Assembly: GCA_965178585.1 (NCBI GenBank)
Contig: OZ238267.1
Coordinates: 2,355,313 to 2,419,312 of the forward strand
Reading direction: 5' to 3'
Length of the DNA: 64,000 nt
Origin: Flavobacteriaceae bacterium
GTDB lineage: Bacteria > Bacteroidota > Bacteroidia > Flavobacteriales > Flavobacteriaceae
Shown: positions 57,051 to 64,000 of the stretch, piece after piece
Numbering within the stretch: position 1 is the stretch's first letter
Layout of the letters: each line of letters opens with the position of its first letter
Notes under the pieces: model-generated
Database searches by the model: none
What the model was told of the DNA's origin: nothing
Seen by the model: only the letters and a program-made list of their open reading frames with translations
Made by a program: the position numbers and the translations under genes

Positions 57051-57881
57051 TTGAAAACAATTAATTGTAAAGGAAACCTCATCGATTTATCAACACCCAA
57101 AGTAATGGGTATTATAAATTTAACTCCAGATTCGTTTTATGACGGTGGAAAATTAACTTCAGAAAAACAAATGCTACAACAAGCTGAAAAAATGCTTACC
57201 GATGGCGCAACGTTTTTAGATTTAGGCGGATACAGCTCCAGACCAGGCGCTAAATTTGTTTCTACTAAAGAAGAATTAGATCGAGTATTACCCGTAGTCT
57301 CAATTTTAATGAAGGAGTTTCCTAAAGCACTTTTATCTATTGACACTTTTAGAAGTGAAGTAGCAAATGAATGTATAAATGCTGGAGCTTCAATAATTAA
57401 TGATATCTCTGCTGGAAAATTGGACGAGCAGATGTTTAAAATTATTGCTCATCATCAAGTTCCTTACATTATGATGCATATGCGAGGAACTCCTGAAACT
57501 ATGATGCAAGACACTCATTACAATAATTTAACAAAAGAAATTATTTATTATTTTTCTGAAAGAATTGCAGAAGCTAGATCTTTTGGAATTAACGATGTAA
57601 TTGTTGATCCTGGTTTTGGATTTTCAAAAACGATGGAACAAAATTATGAGCTATTTAACGATTTAGATTTTTTAAAAACCTTAAACTTTCCATTTTTAGT
57701 TGGAATATCTAGAAAGTCGATGATTCAGAAAAAATTACAAGTCTCAGCTGAAGATTCATTAAACGGATCCACAGCATTGCATGCAATAGCCATTCAAAAA
57801 GGAGCATCCATACTTCGTGTACATGATGTAAAAGAAGCTTTTGAGACGATTAGTCTATTACAAAATTTGAAGTTTCATTAA
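57051..57881 (+). CDS. folP: Dihydropteroate synthase.
   Basis: It has the motifs MGIINLTPDSFYDGG, DLGGYSSRPGA, INDISAG and DPGFGFSK. The start is either TTG at 57051 or ATG at 57102. Confidence 0.9.
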   Translation: MKTINCKGNLIDLSTPKVMGIINLTPDSFYDGGKLTSEKQMLQQAEKMLTDGATFLDLGGYSSRPGAKFVSTKEELDRVLPVVSILMKEFPKALLSIDTFRSEVANECINAGASIINDISAGKLDEQMFKIIAHHQVPYIMMHMRGTPETMMQDTHYNNLTKEIIYYFSERIAEARSFGINDVIVDPGFGFSKTMEQNYELFNDLDFLKTLNFPFLVGISRKSMIQKKLQVSAEDSLNGSTALHAIAIQKGASILRVHDVKEAFETISLLQNLKFH

Positions 57882-57913
57882 TTAAAACTATTTTTACAAA
57901 AAGCACAAACCCA

Positions 57914-58687
57914 TTGGAATTATTAGACATTAGAATCATAGACATCGTTGATATTGTCCTCGTTGCATTTCTTTTATATTACACCTACAAATTAATAAAA
58001 GGAACCGTTGCCATTAATATTTTTATTGGAATTGTAATAATTTATGCCATCTGGAAGGTTACTGAACTTTTAGAAATGGAAATGCTAAGTAAAATCCTAG
58101 GAGGTTTTCTAGGAGTTGGAATGGTAGCTTTGGTGGTGGTTTTTCAACAAGAAATCAGACGGTTTCTATTAATGTTAGGGTCAACAAATTTTAGAGCTCG
58201 AAAAAAATTCTTCAAACAATTTCGAAATTCTACCGATTCAAAATTAATACCAACTATTGAGGCGGTTACACTTGCTTGTAAAAGAATGAGTAAAACCAAA
58301 ACAGGAGCTCTAATTGTTTTTAAAAGAAATAATAGCTTGGATTTTGTTAAAAGTACTGGTGATGTAATGAATATTGAAGTAAACCAACCCATTATAGAAA
58401 GTATTTTTTATAAAAACAGTCCATTGCATGATGGCGCTACATTAATAGAAGAAAATATTATTACTGCCACTCGAGTAGTTTTACCAGTAACTAATGACAA
58501 CGATATTCCTGAGCGATTTGGTCTAAGACATAGAGCTGCCGTAAGCATCACAGAAAAAACCGATGCCGTTTGTATTACTGTTTCTGAAGAAAGTGGTCAA
58601 ATTTCATATATAAAAGATGGAAACTTTGTATTGTTTGATGACACAGAAGATTTAAATGAATTACTAGAAAAGGACTTACACGACTAA
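57914..58687 (+). CDS. cdaA: Diadenylate cyclase CdaA (membrane-anchored DAC domain).
   Basis: It has three N-terminal TM helices and DAC motifs (GALIVF, PLHDGA, GLRHRAA, VSEESG). The start is a TTG. There is no in-frame ATG between the upstream stop at 57851 and residue ~54. Confidence 0.85.
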   Translation: MELLDIRIIDIVDIVLVAFLLYYTYKLIKGTVAINIFIGIVIIYAIWKVTELLEMEMLSKILGGFLGVGMVALVVVFQQEIRRFLLMLGSTNFRARKKFFKQFRNSTDSKLIPTIEAVTLACKRMSKTKTGALIVFKRNNSLDFVKSTGDVMNIEVNQPIIESIFYKNSPLHDGATLIEENIITATRVVLPVTNDNDIPERFGLRHRAAVSITEKTDAVCITVSEESGQISYIKDGNFVLFDDTEDLNELLEKDLHD

Positions 58688-60447
58688 ATAACTTCTTTAT
58701 CTAAAAACTGAACTTCATAAAGGTTTTTATAATGTCCATTTTCTTTTAAAATTAATTCTTTATGTGAACCTATTTCAACTATTTTACCAGCTTCCATTAC
58801 AATTATTTTATCAGCTTTTTTAATGGTCGCCAATCGGTGAGCAATAATAATTGAAGTTCTTCCTTTGGTGATTTTTCCTGTAGCTACTTGTATCATTTCT
58901 TCTGAATATGAATCTACAGAAGAGGTTGCTTCATCTAAAATTAAAATACTCGGATTGCTAACATATGCTCTTAAAAATGCTAGCAACTGTCTTTGCCCTG
59001 AGGACAACATTACTCCTCTTTCTTTGACATTATAATGGTAACCATCTGGCAAAGAATTAATAAACTTATCTACTCCTATTTCTTTTGCAGCATTAATAAC
59101 GTCTTCTTCAGTAATATCATTATCGTTTAAAGTAATGTTATTTAAAATAGAATCTGCAAACAAGAAAACATCTTGTAACACCACAGCAATGTGGCTCCTT
59201 AATGATTTTAAAGTATAATCTTTAATCGATTTATTATCCACTAAAATCTCCCCACTATTGATTTCATAAAAACGAGACAATAAATTTATAATTGTTGATT
59301 TTCCAGCACCAGTTGCCCCTACAATTGCAACGGTTTCACCGGGAGCAACTTTAAACGAAATATCTTTAATTACTTCTTCTTCATCTATATAACTAAATCG
59401 AACGTTTTTAAATTCAATAGAACCATTTGTGTCTGCTAATAATAGAGTCCCTGAATCATCTATTTGAGATTTAGTATCTAACACGTCAAACACTCTACGA
59501 GCAGCAACCATACCCATTTGCAAGGTATTAAATTTATCAGCTATTTGACGTAATGGTCTAAACAACATTTGTGATAATTCGATAAAAGCAACAATTACAC
59601 CTAGCGTAATAACTCCACCTTCAGCAGCATTAAGTCCACCATACCATACTACTAAACCTATTGCTACCGATGATGCCATTTCAGCAATTGGAAAAAATAT
59701 TGAATTATACCAAACCGTTTTTATCCATGCCTTTTTATGTTTTTCATTAATTTCTTTAAACTCCTTATATTCTGTTTTTTCACGAGTAAATACCTGAACG
59801 ATTTTCATTCCTGTAATTCGTTCTTGAACAAAGGAATTTAAATTAGCAACTTGAGCTCTCACTTCTTCAAAAGCAACTTTCATTGCCCTTTGAAAAACTC
59901 GAGTCGCATATAATATTATTGGTAATATTGAAAATACTATAAGTGTTAATTGCCAGCTTTTATAAAGCATAACTCCTAGAATAACTCCCATTTTAAGCAA
60001 GTCACTTATAATCATAAATAATCCTTGACTAAAAATACTAGATATGGTTTCTATATCATTAACCGCCCTCGTAGTCAATCTTCCAACAGCACTGGTATCA
60101 TAATATTTAAGTTTAAAACTTAGCATTAATTTAAAAAGATTTTTACGAATATCCCTTATAACACTTTGACCTAACCAATTGGTATAAAATATAAATGTTA
60201 GCATAAAAATGACTTCTAACATTAAAACCCCAATCATTAATGAAATATAAAAGACAAGGTTTTCGATATCCTTAGGAACGATAGATTCGTCAATCGTTTT
60301 TTGCATAATCAATGGCCGAACTACACCTAAAACAGACATCAATATTGCCGCCAATCCTACATAAAGGAAAGTTCCTCGATAGTTATTGGTGTATCCCAAT
60401 AATCGTTTAAATAGTTTTAAATCGAATGCTTTACCCGAATCTGCCAT
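58684..60447 (-). CDS. ABC exporter with fused permease and ATPase domains (MsbA/multidrug type).
   Basis: It has six N-terminal TM helices, Walker A (GATGAGKST), the signature LSSGQRQ and Walker B (ILILDEATS). Confidence 0.88.
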   Translation of the reverse strand: MADSGKAFDLKLFKRLLGYTNNYRGTFLYVGLAAILMSVLGVVRPLIMQKTIDESIVPKDIENLVFYISLMIGVLMLEVIFMLTFIFYTNWLGQSVIRDIRKNLFKLMLSFKLKYYDTSAVGRLTTRAVNDIETISSIFSQGLFMIISDLLKMGVILGVMLYKSWQLTLIVFSILPIILYATRVFQRAMKVAFEEVRAQVANLNSFVQERITGMKIVQVFTREKTEYKEFKEINEKHKKAWIKTVWYNSIFFPIAEMASSVAIGLVVWYGGLNAAEGGVITLGVIVAFIELSQMLFRPLRQIADKFNTLQMGMVAARRVFDVLDTKSQIDDSGTLLLADTNGSIEFKNVRFSYIDEEEVIKDISFKVAPGETVAIVGATGAGKSTIINLLSRFYEINSGEILVDNKSIKDYTLKSLRSHIAVVLQDVFLFADSILNNITLNDNDITEEDVINAAKEIGVDKFINSLPDGYHYNVKERGVMLSSGQRQLLAFLRAYVSNPSILILDEATSSVDSYSEEMIQVATGKITKGRTSIIIAHRLATIKKADKIIVMEAGKIVEIGSHKELILKENGHYKNLYEVQFLDKEVI

Positions 60448-60472
60448 AAATTATTCTGCTTAACAGAAATTT

Positions 60473-61270
60473 TTAATTAATTTTTATCCCTTTAGGATAT
60501 ATGACCTTTGTTAAATATAACCCTTTTGCTGGAGCAGAAGAGCCTGCTTCACTCCTATCTTTACTTTTTAATATTTCATGAAATTGTGAAATAGTTGTCT
60601 TTTCAAACCCAACATCCAATAAAGTCCCAACGATTGCTCTTACCATATTTCTTAAAAAACGATCTGCTTTTATGGTAAATTTCAATTGTGAATCTTTAAT
60701 CTCCCAATACGCTTCTTTAACATCACAATAATACGTTTTTACATCGGAGTTAGTCCTTGAAAAGCATTGAAAATCTTTATAGTTCAATAACTCGTTTGCA
60801 GCTTCATTCATTAAATTGATATTAGGCTTATAATGAATTAGATGTGAAAAATCATCTGTAAATGGGTTTTTTCGAAATGAAATTAAATATTCATATTCTC
60901 TTTCAGTGGCATCAAAACGAGCATGAGTATTTTCTTCTACTAAAAAAAGATCCTGTATAGAAATATCTTTAGGTAAAAAAGAATTTAATTTAAAAATCAA
61001 GTCAGGAATTGAATCAATCGATTGAAAATCAAAATGAGCAAATAATTGCTTTGCGTGAACACCAGCATCTGTTCTTCCCGCACCCATGACTTGAATTTTT
61101 GAACGCAAAATAACAGACAGAGCGCTCTCTAAAACTTCTTGTACGGTAATAGCATCCGGTTGTTGTTGCCAACCATGATAGTTTTTCCCATTATATGCAA
61201 GCTCAATAAAATATCTCAAGGATTCTTGTATTTTTGAAAAATCAAAGATACATAAAGTCATAACTTTCAA
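60473..61270 (-). CDS. truA: tRNA pseudouridine(38-40) synthase TruA.
   Basis: It has RYFIELAYNGKNYHGWQ and the catalytic GAGRTDAGVHA motif. The true start may be the TTG at 61219 (LRYFIEL), which matches the usual MRYF N-terminus. Confidence 0.88.
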   Translation of the reverse strand: MKVMTLCIFDFSKIQESLRYFIELAYNGKNYHGWQQQPDAITVQEVLESALSVILRSKIQVMGAGRTDAGVHAKQLFAHFDFQSIDSIPDLIFKLNSFLPKDISIQDLFLVEENTHARFDATEREYEYLISFRKNPFTDDFSHLIHYKPNINLMNEAANELLNYKDFQCFSRTNSDVKTYYCDVKEAYWEIKDSQLKFTIKADRFLRNMVRAIVGTLLDVGFEKTTISQFHEILKSKDRSEAGSSAPAKGLYLTKVIYPKGIKIN

Positions 61271-61313
61271 GCTTACGTTTAGCTTCTCTTAACATTATTA
61301 TTTTAATAATTGA

Positions 61314-61805
61314 ATGAAAAAAATTCTTTTACTTTCCGATACTCATAGTTATCTGGATGAAACTATTTTAAAATATGTAAAACAAGCAGATGAAATCTGG
61401 CATGCTGGAGACATAGGAGATTTAAAAGTAACCGACACTTTAAAAAGTCTTAAACCTTTAAGAGCCGTTTATGGTAATATTGATAACGCAAATGCTCGTA
61501 CAGAATTTCCATTACATAATCGGTTTATGTGTGAAAAAGTAGATGTTTGGATAACTCACATTGGCGGATATCCTGGTAGATATAATCCAAGTATTAAAGA
61601 AGAAATAAATAACAATCCACCATCTTTATTTATTACTGGGCATTCTCATATTTTAAAAGTAATGAATGATAAAAAACTAGGAATCTTACATATGAATCCT
61701 GGTGCCATAGGAACTCATGGCTTTCACAAAGTAAGAACTATGCTGCGTTTTGAAATTGAAGGAGATAAAATTCAAAACTTAGAAGTAATAGAAATTAAAC
61801 GTTAA
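61314..61805 (+). CDS. YfcE/MJ0936-type metallophosphoesterase.
   Basis: Motifs are present: LSDTH, HAGD, GNID and GHSH. Confidence 0.8.
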   Translation: MKKILLLSDTHSYLDETILKYVKQADEIWHAGDIGDLKVTDTLKSLKPLRAVYGNIDNANARTEFPLHNRFMCEKVDVWITHIGGYPGRYNPSIKEEINNNPPSLFITGHSHILKVMNDKKLGILHMNPGAIGTHGFHKVRTMLRFEIEGDKIQNLEVIEIKR

Positions 61806-61835
61806 GCAATATCGTACCAATTTAATAAAAAAACA

Positions 61836-61869
61836 AAAACCCTAAAAGATGGCATTCTTTTAGGGTTTT
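61836..61869. terminator. Bidirectional intrinsic terminator.
   Basis: A perfect 13-bp stem (aaaaccctaaaag/cttttagggtttt) has an 8-nt loop. It lies between convergent genes. Confidence 0.8.
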
Positions 61870-61894
61870 GCACTAATATACTAAGATTTGCGGT

Positions 61895-62305
61895 TTAGCG
61901 TAACCGATCCACAGATTTTACGAGGTCTTCATCCTTTTTTATGGCCTTATTGGCCATGACTAAAAAAACGATAGAAATGATAGGAAGTAAAACCCCAATA
62001 CCCTTCTCAGAAACTAATGTTTCTCCGGATAGCGTTAGTGATCTGTAAACGAAAACTCCCAGTAATAAAAAATTTAATATGATATTTAAACGATTAATCA
62101 CAAATTGTAATTGACGTTTTTTAAAATTGAAAATGGAAATCAAAGCCATTAAAATTGACCCAAATATAAGTCCCATAATTAAAGGCTCGCTGTTACTAAT
62201 AATTTCCAAACCGTCTTCAGATTTAATTACCGGAAACCATACATACAGGCCTCCCATAATTAAAGCAGAAATTAATAAATAAACGGTTTGAATCCTTTGT
62301 AACAT
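61895..62305 (-). CDS. DUF4293-like small membrane protein.
   Basis: It has four TM helices and an N-terminus (MLQRIQTVYLLISA) typical of the family, as I recall it. Confidence 0.5.
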   Translation of the reverse strand: MLQRIQTVYLLISALIMGGLYVWFPVIKSEDGLEIISNSEPLIMGLIFGSILMALISIFNFKKRQLQFVINRLNIILNFLLLGVFVYRSLTLSGETLVSEKGIGVLLPIISIVFLVMANKAIKKDEDLVKSVDRLR

Positions 62306-62503
62306 AAATTTAATCTAAAATCGAATGCAAAAATACACTATCTTTTTATAAAAATTAAACGCAATTACTAAATTATTGTTGTATAATTGCAATATCAATA
62401 CGTAACCAATTCAATAGAGGTTACTTAGTCTTCGATAAAATTTTCAAAAAAAATTACTTCAAGTAATACTCAATAGTATCAAATAAATCATATAAATTTT
62501 TAA

Positions 62504-64000
62504 ATGTTTGAAATTTCAGAATTAAAAGCAAAGAAATTACCTGAACTTCAGGAAATTGCTAAAGCTTCAGGAGTACCAAAATTCCGTAGCTTAAAAAAAT
62601 TAGATTTGGTGTATAAAATATTAGACCACCAAGCCGCAAATCCTTCAGCAGTCAAAGCTGTTATAAAAGAAGTGAAATCTGAAGCTCCTGCTCCAAAACA
62701 GGTTACTCCAGAAAAAAAAGAAACTGCCAATACTAAACAAGAGCAAAAACCAAGAGCTCCTCAAAAAAGGGAATCTAGACCTCGTACTCCAAGAGACGAT
62801 AGTCGTAATCAAAAAAATCAAGCTCAAAAACCTAATCACCCACAGCAAAATAATCCTGCTGAAGATGATAAGCGAAAAACAAATGAGCAGAAACCAAGAC
62901 ATCCTCAACAAAATAAAAATACGGAAGGTGATAAGCTTCAAAAAACTGAGCAAAAGCCAAGACACCCTCAACAAAACAAAAAAACTGAGGGAGACAAGTC
63001 GCAAAGACCAGAACATAAACCAAGGCATCCTCAGCAAAATAAAAGAGATAACAACAACCCTAATCAACACCGAGGAAAAGACGGAAATAAAGACACCCGT
63101 AATAGGTATAAACAACCCGATTTTGAATTTGATGGTATCATAGAAAGTGAAGGTGTTTTAGACATCATGCAAGATGGATATGGTTTTTTACGTTCTAGTG
63201 ATTATAATTATTTATCATCTCCTGATGATATTTATGTTTCACAATCTCAAATTAGATTATTTGGTTTAAAAACTGGAGATACTGTCTTAGGACAAGTAAG
63301 ACCTCCTAAAGAAGGTGAAAAATATTTTCCACTTATTAAAGTGAATAAAATTAATGGTCAAAGTCCAAATGTAGTTCGTGATCGAGTTGCCTTTGAACAT
63401 CTAACTCCACTTTTTCCTCAAGAAAAATTTAATTTAGCAGATAGACAATCGAGTATTTCGACTCGTATTATCGATATGTTTGCTCCTATTGGTAAAGGTC
63501 AACGTGGTATGATTGTATCACAACCGAAAACTGGTAAGACCATGTTGTTAAAGGATGTTGCCAATGCAATAGCAGCAAATCATCCTGAAGTCTATCAAAT
63601 AATACTTTTAATTGACGAACGTCCTGAAGAGGTAACAGATATGCAACGTAATGTTCGTGGTGAAGTAGTTGCATCAACTTTTGATAAAGAAGCTACAGAA
63701 CACGTTAGAATTGCAAATCTTGTTCTAGAAAAAGCAAAACGATTGGTGGAATGCGGACATGATGTTGTTATTTTATTAGACTCAATTACACGTTTAGCTA
63801 GAGCATACAATACTGTACAACCTGCTAGTGGTAAAATATTAAGTGGTGGTGTAGATGCTAATGCATTACACAAACCTAAACGTTTCTTTGGAGCAGCTCG
63901 TAATATTGAAAACGGTGGTTCTTTAAGTATCATTGCAACGGCACTTACAGAAACAGGTTCTAAAATGGATGAAGTAATTTTTGAAGAATTCAAAGGAACT
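62504..64000 (+). CDS. rho: Transcription termination factor Rho (3' end beyond the window) with a ~160-aa disordered insertion.
   Basis: It is absent from the ORF track because no stop is reached. I translated 499 codons by hand. It has a Rho_N helix bundle ([24 protein letters not shown]), an OB-fold ([14 protein letters not shown]), a P-loop (PKTGKTMLL) and [13 protein letters not shown]. Confidence 0.93.
   Translation, partial: MFEISELKAKKLPELQEIAKASGVPKFRSLKKLDLVYKILDHQAANPSAVKAVIKEVKSEAPAPKQVTPEKKETANTKQEQKPRAPQKRESRPRTPRDDSRNQKNQAQKPNHPQQNNPAEDDKRKTNEQKPRHPQQNKNTEGDKLQKTEQKPRHPQQNKKTEGDKSQRPEHKPRHPQQNKRDNNNPNQHRGKDGNKDTRNRYKQPDFEFDGIIESEGVLDIMQDGYGFLRSSDYNYLSSPDDIYVSQSQIRLFGLKTGDTVLGQVRPPKEGEKYFPLIKVNKINGQSPNVVRDRVAFEHLTPLFPQEKFNLADRQSSISTRIIDMFAPIGKGQRGMIVSQPKTGKTMLLKDVANAIAANHPEVYQIILLIDERPEEVTDMQRNVRGEVVASTFDKEATEHVRIANLVLEKAKRLVECGHDVVILLDSITRLARAYNTVQPASGKILSGGVDANALHKPKRFFGAARNIENGGSLSIIATALTETGSKMDEVIFEEFKGT
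62858..63046 (+). repeat. Three imperfect 63-bp (21-aa) tandem coding repeats inside the Rho insertion.
   Basis: The three units are [42 protein letters not shown] and [21 protein letters not shown]. Confidence 0.8.

Noticed and set aside
1160-58392. About 25 short ORFs antisense to, or out of frame with, well-supported genes. Examples are 1160-1423, 10601-10789, 18758-18949, 19306-19728, 20851-21171, 21399-21668, 22217-22402, 23950-24186, 29338-29532, 37778-37981, 38057-38287, 39986-40180, 41240-41467, 43158-43355, 46289-46501, 47061-47264, 48096-48383, 50279-51226, 52849-53049, 55700-55930, 57137-57346 and 58144-58392.
   Set aside because: Each lies inside a longer ORF with clear family motifs on the other strand or frame. 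Their sequences are compositionally odd (S/T/F/I-rich), as expected for shadow ORFs in AT-rich DNA.
62306-62503. Short inverted repeats (gtaacc...ggttac, tacttcaagta) in the rho leader as an autoregulatory attenuator.
   Set aside because: The stems are short, with no adjacent U-tract or conserved element. This cannot be supported from sequence alone.
62548-63993. Five minus-strand ORFs and one plus-strand off-frame ORF across 62.5-64.0 kb (62548-62730, 62645-63115, 62832-63023, 62865-63143, 63486-63677, 63595-63993).
   Set aside because: All of them overlap the hand-translated rho gene on the + strand (frame of 62504). Their translations are low-complexity mirror images of the Q/K/P-rich insertion, or they are antisense to the conserved ATPase core.
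1-64000. Mobile elements, prophage, defence islands (RM, TA, Abi, CBASS, retron) and rRNA genes.
   Set aside because: No ORF shows transposase, integrase, recombinase, nuclease-helicase or reverse-transcriptase motifs. The YwqK/MORN-like lipoprotein has no toxin partner. No rRNA-like sequence was seen.

Overview
This window looks like a chromosomal segment of a low-GC Bacteroidota genome, most likely a Flavobacteriaceae member. Supporting signs are a SusC/SusD pair, many lipoproteins, TAnnTTTG-type -7 promoter boxes and a Rho with a long N-terminal insertion. I can support about 60 protein genes, one tRNA-Arg(ACG), several intrinsic terminators and a few repeats. I found no rRNA, CRISPR array, transposase, integrase or phage genes.

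Most of the content is housekeeping: dnaJ-grpE, ilvE, prfA, pyrF, purM, type III glnA, tpiA, prmA, clpS, folP, cdaA, truA, rho, icmF and crcB.

The things that stand out are:
- **Curli-type secretion cluster (41.8-45.5 kb).** It encodes CsgE-, CsgF- and CsgG-like proteins but no curlin subunit. The CsgG carries a fused C-terminal OMP beta-barrel, the CsgE-like frame lacks a start codon and signal peptide, and a beta-propeller/FN3 lipoprotein is co-oriented downstream. This is the best candidate for an undescribed system.
- **46-bp tandem repeat (about 4.3 copies).** It was generated from the 3' end of an mnmD-like gene and sits just upstream of the grpE-dnaJ promoter.
- **Candidate leader upstream of an MFS transporter.** A promoter, a 24-codon sORF and a perfect terminator lie directly in front of the gene.
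- **SusC/SusD cassette bracketed by ~60-bp direct repeats.** An A15 tract lies upstream of susC.
- **PPK2 gene broken by a +1 frameshift** in an A6 run, downstream of an orphan sigma-54 activator that lacks a DNA-binding domain.
- **BlaI/BlaR1-like pair.** Its sensor ends in a SusC-plug-like motif.
- **Repetitive Q/K/P/R-rich disordered insertion in Rho.**

All calls rest on reading the translations and the DNA by eye. No database search was run.
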